A stretch of DNA of 64,000 nt, taken from positions 4,960,001 through 5,024,000 of the forward strand of contig NC_092672.1 in assembly GCF_964355755.1 (NCBI RefSeq). Direction: 5' to 3'. This stretch comes from Antedon mediterranea (lineage: Eukaryota > Animalia > Echinodermata). A model generated the notes under the pieces. The model worked only from the letters and a program-made list of their open reading frames with translations. It was not told where the DNA came from and did not search any database. Positions within the stretch are counted from its first letter, which is position 1, and every line of letters starts with the position of its first letter. Both the position numbers and the translations under genes were made by a program. Positions 12,199 to 25,872 of this stretch are shown one piece after another.

Positions 12199-12331
12199 TA
12201 AAGCTCTGTCTGGTTTGTGAATATATGGTAGTTATATGCTCAAATATGGTAATGATATGACATCATTGTCTCCATATATGGGCACATCACTTTTTTTGTC
12301 ACATAAAGTTTGATAGTGTAGACAGAGCTTA
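12199..12331. mobile_element. MITE family A
   Basis: TAA|AGCTCTGTCT ... GTAGACAGAGCT|TAA (TAA TSD). Confidence 0.85.
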
Positions 12332-13109
12332 AAGATTGACTTTAAAGTGACAACATTTTGGAAACTATAGCAATTAATAACATACACAACAATTGTTGAT
12401 TTTTTAAATGGATAAAAACAAATGGTTATTTTTTATCATTTTTCTATTAATTGAAAATAAAATTGTCTTTAAAAAATTAAAGAATTTATATGTAATTACA
12501 TAAGTCATAGTGCAATACTGCAACTATCATACTGATAATCATAACACCATTCTTGCAAATTTTCATGAAAAAATAAAAAGAGAATTTAAATTACTGTATA
12601 GGTTAAAACTTAGTATCTATTTTGTCATCTTTTTTTATTAGTATGGTACTTGAAAATACGGAGATACAGAATTGGTAATTTGTAAAATTCTCTTTTGCTA
12701 TTTACTTCCATAACGATTTCCTACATAATATGCCTATCTATTTATACAATTTCCTCATTAGTGAGTCTCCTCTTAAAGTGATTGCTCAAGATACTAATGC
12801 TTTAGAACTACTACTACCCTAGTTTTCTCAGTCTAGTCATATATAATTTCATTAGTTCTGTATTTCAAATGGAGTAGTTTTACTATAACTGTAGTTTAAC
12901 TTTAAAACATTTTTTTAAACAAATTGCAAGCGTAATAGATAGTTTTAAGAAGTTTGATTGTGCATTTGTCTGTATTTTTATGAGCTTAGACTCTGGAATT
13001 TGTATAATGTACTTCTCATACCCCTCTGCTACAACAGTTACCGGTACTAAATAGAGAAGCAAAATAAGGATGGTGCTTTAAATTGATTGGTCTTAGTTTA
13101 TTTAGTCTT

Positions 13110-13484
13110 AAGCATCGGGCTACTTGATAACAATACATTTGGGCTACTTAGACAGCATTTGGCTATTTTGATAGCATCGAGCTGCTTAGACAATATCGGG
13201 CTACTGTACTTAGATAACATTCATTTGGGCTACTTAGATAGGAATTGGCTACTTATAGCATTTGCCTATTTAGACAAAATCAGGCTATTTAGACAACATC
13301 AGGCTATTTAGACAACATCAGGCTATTTAGACAACATCAGGCTATTTAGACAACACCAGGCTATTTAGATAGCATAGGACTACTTCGATAACATTTGGGC
13401 TTACTTAGACAGCATCAGGCTGTTTAGATAGCATCGGGCTACTTACATAACATTTTATTTTTCAACTATTTAGACCTAGACAAC
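13110..13484 (+). repeat. ~20-bp degenerate minisatellite
   Basis: Unit ggctatttagacaacatca(g) / gggctacttagatagcatc; homogeneous core 13281-13370. Confidence 0.9.
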
Positions 13485-15795
13485 GCAGTATTTAACATCT
13501 CACTAGATGAGCAATGTAATTTTCATTAGAAGATTGAAGATTTCTAACTATTATTATAAATCACAATAGAAAATATTAGTCATCGCCCATTACATTTCCT
13601 AATAATACATTCCACGCAGGAAATCATACATTTATAGAATCTCAGATGACATCGTTTGGATTAGATATTTCTTACAAAAAATCCACTGTTGATTGATTTT
13701 TACAGGTTCCTTTTCTTGAAACACATTATTGAAGTTGACCTGTTGGCTATTCAAAGACATTCAACTTGCAGAACTTGCAAACATATTGATTAATAACTAT
13801 TTTCATAAAGCTTTTATTAACATACAGTAAAACATCGCTTTTTCATCTTCAAATCTTCTTATACAGTACACTATACAGTACGCTTTTTTAATTCATGACA
13901 ATCCTGGGATAACACATTGAAAAACTTGGAAAGTACAGTAAAAGATTTTTGAAAAACATATACAATAAATTGTTGGCATAAATTAGGCAAAACAAAATAT
14001 TGTTATGATATACTGTACATTTAATTTTTTTTTTTTTTTAGGCCTAAAGAAGACAAAAAAAAAAACAACAAAAAATTCTGATATAATCATAACATTCGTT
14101 TAGCACATGTGTATGCAAGTGCTTATAATTAGAAAATATGCCTAAAAAGCAAAACATTTGAATATGAAGATTTTTAATTAAGACAGTATGTACAATTTAG
14201 AACACTGATTGCTTATTCCTAATCGAAGATGTGTATAATGTCCCCATTAAAAAGTGGTACAATCCAATCCTCTGGAGATTTCAAAATATTGGCATACATA
14301 TAAAGTAGATTCTGGCTTGTGGATATCACAGGGTACTGTATAATTATTTATAGTAGGTATAGATGATATGGGACAGCTAAGCACTTAATTTTAATTTCCA
14401 AGTACTATCTGTAGAAATATATTATAGATTTCTTTGTGGCATCTTTATTTTATTAAAATATTTATTTTCAAACAGAAAAATGAACGAATGATATGATAAT
14501 ATGTTACAAACACATCATCTTCACATAAACTGTATAAAAAGAACACTGTATACAAATTGTCATGAACTAGACTTGTTAGGCCTATCACTTTTGGTCTCAA
14601 GGTTGATACTTATCAGGCTTGGAATAGTATAGGGCACTAGTCGCAGTACTGGTATTAACCCAGCCTTAAAGGTAATATTAGACTGGGCATAGACGGTATT
14701 AAGATAACTATTCTGATTTTTCTATCTTTACTACGTGGAGTAGTTACAGAAAAAGTTACACTTATAGAAATCTTAATAGCAAAATAAAATGTGTTAACTT
14801 GTTGCTAGAGAGCATGACTTCAAGGTCTTTTTCACAATAAAGTCCAAATACCAAACAATTAGCCTTGATAAGGTGTTAAATCCTATTAAAAGTAGAGGTG
14901 TGTAATTCATGTACTATGCCCTACATTAACAAGTAGATTTGATGTCAATAGTACTTTACTTCCATGTATGGAAGTATTATAAATATTCATGGGTCTATGT
15001 ACAGTATTTCTACAGATGATCGTACAACATAAAAATATATATACTGCAACATAATCATCATAACAGTATATTTATTCCACATTTTATAAATGTTATACTT
15101 AATTATTATTATTACTACTTATTATATAATTTCACAGTATTATATGAGTGAATACAAAAGGCAAGTGTTTTCAGATGCCAATGCTACCAGTACAGTTTAT
15201 AATCAATTAAAATGACTAGCTATATTTGTTTTCATTACTTATAACAAAAACAAAACCATGTTATCTTAATAGATAAGGTGTAACCAAGCATTATGCTTAT
15301 TTAACACTGATGATGTTATTAATTGATTTAATAAACCTAATTGTTAATTGATAAGTATGTATCAGTCTTGCTTAGTTGATTACCTTATTTACTATATCGT
15401 TTGGGTGCCATATTTCCACAACTATAAAGTGGACATGTTCATTTCGTGAGTGAAAGTTAAGAATCAATTTAACCGTAATGTAATGCACAGCATAATCTCA
15501 GACTTTAGAGAGGCTACTTTTAGACTAGTATGAGCTTTATTTGAAATATATATAACAAATGTGTTGCTAACTAAACTGGATACTTTTTAACATGCGCATT
15601 AGCAAAGATTTGTATACTACTTACTAGTGAACAAACATACTGGAACTCTTTAGATGAGCGTAAAATATGTTTTGACTGTTCTGCTCTGAGACATTTTTTT
15701 TTTTTTTATGAAATTTTATGAAGTTCTAGGCCTAATTCTAAAAAGACTTTAAATATGACCTTCACAATGTTAGTTCACACGTCTAATTGAATTAA

Positions 15796-16421
15796 AGACC
15801 CCTTCCCTGCAATTTTGGACGTTTTTTGGAAAATAATACATATATATCACTTTTAAAACATTAAACCATGTCATTCCTTGTCTTAAATGTACGTTTTATG
15901 GTAAATTATGATAAAAAGTGAGAAACAATGCACTACCTAAGTAGCTCGCGGCGATCGACCTCTCGTGGACGGTCTCAGGCCTAGCCTAGCTAGGCTTAGT
16001 TTTGTAGGCCTAGCTGGTAAACATCGGTAACGTACGAACATCGTACGCTAGCTATATACCTAGCCTGACGTTGTATAGTTGCTGCATTAATTGTCTTTCT
16101 ATTTTTGCCAGACTCCGTTGATAAAAATTGGGGAAAACCCGGTATTTTCGCTGAAAAGTTAGGAGTCTTCCATTTGTTTTGGCTTCACGATCGATCGAAA
16201 AGTGGGCGAATTACAGGTGAAAAACAACAATATCAATCCGCGCGCAATGCATTCTGGGATTTATAGCGGGCCGCTATAATTATTAAAATCGATTTATTTT
16301 TCACATTTTTAACCGTTTAAAGACGAAAAAAGTTATCGCAATAGGACCATATAGTATTATTTTTACATTAAATATAGTTTGTGATCTTAAATTAGATCTA
16401 AAAAATGTAGGGAATGGGGCT
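15796..16421 (+). mobile_element. Kolobok-type non-autonomous transposon, family B (626 bp), copy 1
   Basis: TTAA|AGACCCCTTCCCTGC ... GTAGGGAATGGGGCT|TTAA (TTAA TSD, RR..YY ends); near-identical copy at 36508-37133. Confidence 0.9.
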
Positions 16422-18627
16422 TTAAATATTTCATATAAGATGTATTGCAATGGTCTATAGCATCCTATTGCTGTCTCTTCTCATATCTTTACTTTGATAT
16501 ATTCCTTTGATTGTATGTAATTTGTCAGCAGTATATTTATAGTGCTAGCTGTTGTGGCTCTTAAATCAGAAGAGTCTTTCCAAACCCCTTAGGAGTTTGC
16601 TATCTTGATAAAGAAAACATGGAAGACAAAATTGTAATGGATGGAAGACCAACAAAGAATATAAAATCTTAAAATGAATTTGTTTTAAAAAAAATCTGCT
16701 ATATATTATAAAGGTTAACTACATAATAAGTCAATTTGTGGCTTGCATAGCAGGGGGTGGATGATCAATAAATCTAACATAAAAGCATTTAGAAAAACAT
16801 GTAACAAACATGTATTAGTTAATAAATATTTACTATTTTTTCTATAAAAATAATTAATTATTACAAATGTGCATGCATGCATAAATGTAAAAAAGCAACC
16901 AGTAAATAAATAAAATATACTGTATAGCCAAGAGTAGAATAGAACCAAAACCTATAGATTAGGAACGTATTCACAACAACCAAGCTATATTTCCGATCCT
17001 TGATACTTAAAATAGAGAGACTTCAGAAATATAGGCCTTTTAAGAGAGGTAGCTGTATAAATCTAAGCTGTTAATAGCAGTTTGATGTTGATATATAGAA
17101 GGCTTTTATACAAGTGGTTCTTTTATTGTTATTTATAAACTAAATCATTACAATTGAACTGTATAATGAGCCATTGTAGTGTAAGTCTTTTCACTGGTAA
17201 TTGTTGGATACACTTGGCAATAGTGTAATACAATCAGACATTGATTGAGGCAGGAATACAAATGCTTTGGCTTGTTGCAAGTTTAAATCAGTGGATATTA
17301 TTAAAAGGAGCAGTTAAAATTTCTATTAATCATACATTCCGATAATTATCAATCTGTAGTTTCCCCTATGTTTCATATTTTTTTTAAATTTAATTTTTTC
17401 TACATGATCTTGTTAAATTTATAAGCACTTTACTGTACACAATAAATCTGTATTCTTTTGTATACAAATGTAAATGGAAAGGCATTTTTAAAAAACTATG
17501 AAAAATAAACTCAACTGTGTGGTAAAAATGTTATCAGATAAATAAATATTGTACAAAAAAGGAAAAAAAGCATCAGTAAAGTAACAACCCACATGACGCT
17601 GTGGATTTAGATGTTACAATTTTCAACGACAATGATTCTCCCCTACAGGAAATCGAACAATAGCCACCTGGACAATAACCACCAGGACAATACCCACACA
17701 TTATGGACGGCCATTGCTAGAGTGTAGGGTGTATGAAAATGTTACGTGCTGGCTTGTTTTTATCAATCTCTATATAATAGAATGAGGTTATACTTCATAT
17801 GGTCCATGTCAGTCCTGCCAATACAGGCAATCTCCTTAGAGTAGAGTGGAAAATAATGTTGGGTGTCGCCTTGTTTTTAGCTCAATACATTGTTACTTCC
17901 TATAGTGTACGTCTTCAATTGTTTTGAACTTTAAAAATCTGAAAAAAAACACAAATAGCTCCGTATACATACAAATCAACTGAAGTTGAAAAATAACATA
18001 ATTTATTTTTATACATGTTATTGTAATTTTTAATATTTTGAAATAAATTTAGTTTTAAATTTATTCCTGGTTTGATAACGCCAACAGAAAAAAATTCTCA
18101 AACAAAAAACAAGAAATTGTTAATGTTATTTTACTACTATTTGTTCACAATAGTAACAGTTCAGCTTTTATTCTGGATACAATTATTTCGTTCGATCAGA
18201 GCTTATTAGAGCTTGGCGCAAAAAGACAAAAAAAACTTCTTGGATGACAAATAAGATATTGCTTAGTAGAAAGAGTATAACATACATTGTAAACAAATGA
18301 ATTATTACTAATACAGGCAGTACTTAACTAGGATTTTCACCTATGGAGTTTGTGCAAAACAATCAAGTATAAATCCATATTTTTATAATGCTATTTAAAG
18401 CAGTTGTTATGAACTTATTTCCATAGTTATTAAAATTGTAAGCTTGTAATGTCTTAACGATATGAAAAGAAATGAGAGCGTGGATTAGTCCATTATGGTA
18501 GAGGTGTATTACTCTAGGAAATTTTTAATTTTTCATATCAAATTTCTCTTCCTCTGGCTATTGTCAAGCTATTGTCAGTTTATCCCTGAGGTATAATAAT
18601 TCAGCTAGGCACGAAATAAACTTCGTG

Positions 18628-18794
18628 AGGTAAATTTCCCGATTGATCAATTTTTCCGATTGATCGTAATCAAAACGGTACTGGGTTTGGTCTACTAGCG
18701 TTCCTGCTCCCAACCAGTACATCCATTCATAGAAGCTTTAATGAAGTAAGCCTACCTGGTGGTGGCCATAGAACGGTCTCTCGGGAAATTACCT
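18628..18794. mobile_element. Small TIR element
   Basis: AGGTAAATTTCCCGA ... TCGGGAAATTACCT inverted termini. Confidence 0.55.
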
Positions 18795-19807
18795 TATAAC
18801 AGTTTCAATTTGTTTAAAAAAAAGATCAGCTTAATTATTATATTACGCAAAATGAAACTAGTCTGTTTTTTGTGTTGGTCATTTTGAGAGGTGTGTGGTC
18901 AAATTAAAAATTGTGAAACTGTTTTTAAAGATAGAGACTAGAATAAATTTGGGTTTTTTAAACCATTTTTCTTTTCAATTGGAAAAAGAGGTGTGGTTAA
19001 ATTGAGACTGTTATTAGCGTTTAACATCAAGACTGGAATCATATTTTTTTTAATTGGTGAGAATTTATTTCAGGCACGAAAAAAACATTTTTTTCAGTGG
19101 TATAAATGGTACTGATAGAATATAATTAATTATATTGAATGGAAAATATAATTATTGAAAATTATTCAAATTAATCTAACAGCATCTATATTTGTACCAT
19201 GCCATTTATGAATAACTTTTTCATCAAGTTTTTTCCTTGTTTTTGTATAAAAAGCCAGGAAATTAAAATTGAAAACCTTGAGGACTTTATGGTCAACAAA
19301 ATGATTCTACTTGTACTGAGTGTAACATCAATTGCAATATGTTTATTCTCTTGATTGTGCATTTTTCAGAAATCTCACTACGCATACACTATGCGTATGG
19401 AAAAATACTTAATACAGAGTATGTAAAAATACTCGCTTTTATTATCTGAACATACTTTGAACACATGCTTGAAATCACTGAAAACTAAACAAATTAAGGT
19501 TTAGAAAAACTGATTAATTATTTATCTAAAATTTATTTAAAATACTGAAGATCTGGAGAATAAAACGTATGTTAGCAGAAAAAATACTATTTAGGAATTG
19601 TATGTTACTGTTTACATTTAGTTATTGAATCAACTTATTCTGTAATGTAAACATCATGAATGATAAAATTGTACAATAGAGGTCATTAAACATTTGACCG
19701 TGTTTTTGGACCAACTATGCACGTATACCGTAGATACTGTACTTCAAATTGGCTTTGACTTTCTGTACTGAATTAATTAATTAAGAAACATTTGGGTACC
19801 CAAAAAA

Positions 19808-21540
19808 ATGTCCCCTTAATAGGGGTTTCTGTTATAGGGTTTGACTATAGTGTTTAAACATGTATCTTTTCCTCGTATGTTTCACTAGGAAGTGTCCCCT
19901 TAATAGGGGTTTCTGTTATAGGGGTTGACTATAGTGTTTAAACATGATACTTTCCCTCGTATGTTTCACTGGGAAGTGTCCCCTTAATAGGGATTTCTGT
20001 TATAGGGTTTGACTATAGTGTTTAAGAATGTATACTTTTCCTCGTATGTTTCACTAGGAAGTGTCCCCTTAATAGGGGTTTCTGTTATAGGGTTTGACTA
20101 TAGTGTTTAAACATGTATACTTTCCCTCGTATGTTTCACTGGGAAGTGTCCCTTTAATAGGGGTTTCTGTTATAGGGGTTGACTATAGTGTTTAAACATG
20201 TATACTTTCCCTCGTATGTTTCACTGGGAAGTGTCCCCTTAATAGGGGTTTCTGTTATAGGGTTTGACTATAGTGTTTAAACATGTATACTTTTCCTCGT
20301 ATGTTTCACTAGGAAGTGTCCCCTTAATAGGGATTTCTGTTATAGGGTTTGACTATAGTGTTTAAACATGTATACTTTCCCTCGTATGTTTCACTGGGAA
20401 GTGTCCCCTTAATAGGGGTTTCTGTTATAGGGTTTGACTATAGTGTTTAAACATGTATACTTTTCCTCGTATGTTTCACTGGGAAGTGCCCCCTTAATAG
20501 GGGTTTCTGTTATAGGGGTTGACTATAGTGTTTAAACATGTATACTTTCCCTCGTATGTTTCACTGGGAAGTGTCCCTTTAATAGGGGTTTCTGTTATAG
20601 GGGTTGACTATAGTGTTTAAACATGTATACTTTCCCTCGTATGTTTCACTGGGAAGTGTCCCCTTAATAGGGGTTTCTGTTATAGGGTTTGACTATAGTG
20701 TTTAAACATGTATACTTTTCCTCGTATGTTTCACTAGGAAGTGTCCCCTTAATAGGGATTTCTGTTATAGGGTTTACTATAGTGTTTAAACATGTATCTT
20801 TTTCTCGTATGTTTCAATGGGAAGTGCCCCCTTAATAGGGATTTCTGTTATAGGGTTTGACTATAGTGTTTAAACATGTATACTTTCCCTCGTATGTTTC
20901 ACTGGGAAGTGTCCCCTTAATAGGGATTTCTGTTATAGGGTTTGACTATAGTGTTTAAACATGTATCTTTTTCTCGTATGTTTCACTGGGAAGTGTCCCC
21001 TTAATAGGGATTTCTGTTATAGGGTTTGACTATAGTGTTTAAACATGTATCTTTTTCTCGTATGTTTCACTGGGAAGTGTCCCCTTAATAGGGATTTCTG
21101 TTATAGGGTTTACTATAGTGTTTAAACATGTATCTTTTTCTCGTATGTTTCACTGGGAAGTGCCCCCTTAATAGGGATTTCTGTTATAGGGTTTGACTAT
21201 AGTGTTTAAACATGTATACTTTCCCTCGTATGTTTCACTGGGAAGTGTCCCCTTAATAGGGATTTCTGTTATAGGGTTTGACTATAGTGTTTAAACATGT
21301 ATCTTTTTCTCGTATGTTTCACTGGGAAGTGTCCCCTTAATAGGGATTTCTGTTATAGGGTTTGACTATAGTGTTTAAACATGTATCTTTTTCTCGTATG
21401 TTTCACTGGGAAGTGTCCCCTTAATAGGGATTTCTGTTATAGGGTTTGACTATAGTGTTTAAACATGTATCTTTTTCTCGTATGTTTCACTAGGAAGTGT
21501 CCCCTTAATAAGGATCTCCCAAAGGACAGGTTCTACTGTA
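19808..21540 (+). repeat. 85-bp satellite array (~20 copies) ending in a Tc1/pogo-like TIR
   Basis: Unit gggaagtgtccccttaataggg(g/a)tttctgttatagggtttgactatagtgtttaaacatgtatactttccctcgtatgtttcact; the array is followed by ...aggttctactg|ta. Confidence 0.95.
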
Positions 21541-22419
21541 TGTCATTGTATATATAAGGACATACAGTAGGATATTCACTTTCGAATACAGTAGCCTATC
21601 CCCGTAAACAAAATGTGAGGATCAAAATCCACAGTGCTATTTTTGCATTAAAAATTACTCCAGATTTGGGATAGGCTTGTCAGTAGCTTCAGTACATAGA
21701 CTGTAAACTGTATGTTTTTTTTTTAAAGCCATATACAGGTAGTGTTATTTTAGTACATTACAGTAGAGTATTAGTATTTCATCGCGGACACATTATATCA
21801 TGCTGGTAATAAAATCTGTTTGGTTACAACTATTGATAGCTATATTGCGCTATCAACTTGATTATAGTGTTTGTGTGAAGTGCGTCAAGTTGAACACGTT
21901 TTTTACGACCACCTCCCAACTCATCTCCCAGATACCTGATCCAATGTACAATTACTAGTGGTGTTCTATTACGCCGTTATCCTGCTTTGCTCGATGTAAG
22001 ATTAATTGTCAAACAAACGTTTCAAATAATCTCATGTCGTTTGTATGTAGACCTGCTTTGTGTGTAAAGAAAATGATATAGTCATAAGTGAAAGCATCAC
22101 AGTTGTTGATTTTGTTATGATTATTGATGTTGTCAATGTCAACATAATCATTATCATGATCTATTTCCTTATCTTCATTATAGTCATCATGGTGTTTATC
22201 AATTATTTCTTATTTTTCCTAGTTTTGTATTATTTTTTTGTGCCTATCTTTACTGTACTTGGATAAACTAACATTAGCCCTTACCAACACAATGGAGAAA
22301 TCAGGGCTAAAATATTGATTTATCCAGGTAAGCAGCACTCAACAGACTACCATACTGTCAAACACAACTTCTATTTTGTGTATGTTATCTTCACCTTATA
22401 AATATCATATATATTATTT

Positions 22420-22800
22420 AATTATTACAGTATCATTTTCATCATTATCATTATCATCATCTTCATTATCATAACTATCATATCATCAAAAGTGCCATCA
22501 TCATTATCATCATAAATATCATTTATCATCAAAAGTATCATCATCATTATCATAAATATCATATCATCAAAAGTATCATCATCATTATTATCATAAATAT
22601 CATCAAAAGTATAATTATTATCATGAATATTATAAATACCATTATTTTATTATCAACAGTATACTATTACTATCAAGTATCATCATTGTTGGAAAATCAT
22701 CCTTGTCTATGATAATTATCATTATTCATTTTGTCTATAATTATTAACATCTTTAATATTGTTATTCATTATCTTTATTTCACTAATGATCATTGCTGCC
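22420..22800. repeat. Low-complexity (ATC/ATT)n region
   Basis: Degenerate atcatcattatc repeats. Confidence 0.8.
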
Positions 22801-23230
22801 ATCAAGACCTTTATTGATTTGCAGCCTGTCAACTGAAATCATGTCTTTCCTTTTGGAAATGGTAATATTTTTGCATTGTAAATTAAATAACCTGCAGGAG
22901 AAATATGCCAGCTGGCCATTTTAAAGGCTTACAGTATGCATGTTGAAATCTACATTGTACATGCTGTTTTGTCAAACATTTTTTCATCTCTTAAAAATTC
23001 TTTCAAGACTATGAAGAAGATATTTCGTTACAAGAGTATTATAGTCTGAACTAATAACCAGTTAATAACCATGTGAATAAATTACCCCTAATTTCTTGGT
23101 AGCTCAGGACAGGACATATATTAAATAATCAGCAAAATGACATTTAAAAAAATTGATTACGTTGTTGGAACGCTAAATTTCTGACAATTATAAGGAAACA
23201 TGCTACGGGACCGAACTTGGTGTCCAATAA

Positions 23231-23386
23231 AGCTTGGTTATCAATAGAGACGCAATGCAAGAACGTAGACGCAACTAAAGAGAGTTGACCAATGAAAATT
23301 GATAGCTTGAATATTTCATCGCTTGTGATTGGTCAAATAATAATAATGTTACATCCGTATGTTGCATCTCTAGTGGGAACCAAGCT
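23231..23386. mobile_element. MITE family D
   Basis: TAA|AGCTTGGTT ... GGGAACCAAGCT|TTA. Confidence 0.85.
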
Positions 23387-23418
23387 TTATATTATAGGCC
23401 TAGTGTCCTCTGTACAGT

Positions 23419-24013
23419 ATAATAATAATAATAATAAATGAAAACTTATATAGCGCCGGTATCCTCCACCCATGTGGCGCTCATGGCGCTTTGTGCATTA
23501 ACAACGTGCGAGAACATCAGCGAATAGTGACGTCTTTAGGTTGGTCTTGAAACTGTTTAGACTAGTTGAGCATTTAACTGTTGCTGGTAAGCTGTTCCAT
23601 ACACTTGCGGCCGCAACGTAAAAAGATCTCTGACCCCACTGATTTTTCGCTCTACGCTCTTGAAGAAGGTTTTGTGACAATGATCGTAGGCCTCTGCGGG
23701 ATGATTCGTAACGATCCACAAGGTCAGATAAATAAGCAGGAGCACTGTCATTTAGGATCTTGAATACAAACAACGCAAGTTTGTACTTAATACGTTGTTG
23801 AACAGGCAACCAATGCAAATCCATCAGGACAGGAGTTATGTGAGCGTTTGATTTTGTATAAGTTACAATTCTAGCTGCCATATTTTGCAAGCGCTGCAAA
23901 CGTTGTATTTGAGATTTTGGTATGCCAAACAACAAGGCATTACCAATGTCAATTTTAGAAGTGACAAATGAGTGTACAATCAATTCAGCTGTTTTCTTGT
24001 TAAGATTACCGCG
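23419..24013 (-). mobile_element. 5'-truncated L2-clade LINE: ORF2 C-terminus, 3' UTR and (ATT)n tail
   Basis: ORF 23498-23983 has VHSFVTSKIDIGNALL, LQRLQNMAAR, HITPVLMDLHWLPV, WNSLP and FKTNLKTSLF; 3' UTR agcgcc..GGATA..ggcgctatataa followed by (ATT)n. Confidence 0.93.
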
Positions 24014-24299
24014 ATGTGTTAAAACAGTGTTTAATAATATTTTCCATCACTTGTTGTACACAGGAAAGTGTCCCCTTATTAGAGGTATCCCAAAAATGTA
24101 TGCTGAATTCATATTACCCATTGTATACAGTCGTTATTTTCATTGTCTGTAAATCAGAAATGAATTTTAACAAAACAAAAATTTGAAAAATGTTTAAATT
24201 GAAACTATACTGGAACGAAGAAGAACATTTATCATTTTACAAATAATTTTAAAATGATACTTGTTGCAGGATTTAGCTTTTTTTATTATTTATGTTTTA

Positions 24300-24450
24300 G
24301 TTTTTAGGCTACTTAGGGAAGTAGGGGGACACAATTAATCAAGCTCTTTTGAGTTTTTATGTGTTTCCTTTTCATCTTTTTTTATGTTCTCATATATTGT
24401 TGTATATTTTCATGATTGATGATGAATAAAGAATATTTGAATTGAATTAT
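24300..24450 (+). mobile_element. Probable LINE 3' UTR remnant
   Basis: aagctcttttgagtttt hairpin, T-rich tract, AATAAA and a (TTGAA)-type tail. Confidence 0.35.
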
Positions 24451-25262
24451 GAACTGTATACACTACCGTACATTTGATTAGTAATTTATCGAGTATGAGG
24501 GTTGATAGTCTAATGTAGATAATAATAATCTTGTACATTTAAGTAGCTTCTGGAAGACTGATAGTTATGTAATATAATTGATTTTTAAGTTCAAAGTTGA
24601 TCTGCTTATGAAAGTTAAAGTGGAACGATTTGTGACCTGCTTTTCGTAGACCTACTACAGTATACGAAAATAGCGTGAAACCTTAAGGATTACTGTAATA
24701 TATCAACTAGATATTGCTGTTTATTTCAAACTGTTAATCCCCCATCCTCTACGTGAGCCATTTGATCTTTGCGAATGTGATATATTGCTGTGTTTATTGC
24801 AATAATTATAATGTAAATTGTGTTGCTAATCCATGGAGTATTGGATTACTGTGTTTAGTCCCACTGCAAAAAAAAAAGACGACTTTAAAGTAGTAGTTGT
24901 TGTTGTTATCCAGGAATTCACATACAGTACAAATATAGTGTTTATACGGTATGTTTAATATTATAATTTTTTATTGTAAAAGTACAGTAAAGTCATATTT
25001 TTAATAATAATTAATGTTATAACACTATTAAATTGCAATGTCATTAGGAAACTCTTATTGCAGCAATCAATTTCATTGGTTTGTGATTAGCTTCTTATTG
25101 AAAATGTTGATGCACACTTTGTATCATTCGTAGTACCGTAATCTGGTGGTACTTATATACCTTGACCTCTCGTCATAACGAATTAGAGGTCAGTATCATT
25201 GCATCTAGTAGTAATCTTTTCCAAGTTCAGATGTATGAAGTTGTACAGCGCTTTACAATGTG

Positions 25263-25456
25263 AAACATAACTCTTTAGGTCTGAACAGGCCCCAAAACAT
25301 AACTCTTTAAGTCTGAATAGGCCCCAAAACATAACTCTTTAGGTCTGAACAGGCCCCAAAACATAACTCTTTAGGTCTGAACAGGCCCCAAAACATAACT
25401 CTTTAGGTCCAAACAGACCCTACAAAATAGCTCTTTAGGTCTGAACAGGCCCCCAA
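25263..25456 (+). repeat. 32-bp minisatellite, ~6 copies
   Basis: Unit aaacataactctttaggtctgaacaggcccca. Confidence 0.95.
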
Positions 25457-25546
25457 AAAACACTTGCTTTAGTGACATTACACTATGCTTGATAGGTCTT
25501 ATTAGGTGTAAATTAAGCTAGATTGGTTTTTAAATTTAACCTATTT

Positions 25547-25872
25547 AAAATCTTGCCTGCCTCTCCCAGCAAAGTAAACCCATATCATGATCATACTGAG
25601 AAGGAATGAAGAAGGTCTTAAATTATTCCTTCATTTTGTATAACTATAATTTGTACATTCTCCTTTAAATATAATGCCATAGAATTACTTTAAAAGAATG
25701 GTGTAAAATCTTGCCTCCCAGCAAAAGTGAGGTAAACCCATACATGATCATAATGTTCATAAGGGAGAGAGACAGAGTTGGAAGAGATCTTAAACTACAC
25801 CTTCATTTTTTATAATTTAAGTACATTCTCCTTTAAATAAATAATGCCATAGAATTACTTAAGAAATGGTAA
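25547..25872 (+). repeat. Diverged ~160-bp tandem duplication
   Basis: aaaatcttgcct..cccagcaaa..gtaaacccata..atgatcata..gtacattctcctttaaata..atgccatagaattactt occurs twice. Confidence 0.85.

Noticed and set aside
19808-21515. CRISPR-like regular array
   Set aside because: No unique spacers, no cas genes, eukaryotic intron; it is a head-to-tail satellite. The same applies to the arrays at 32466, 41156 and 61004.
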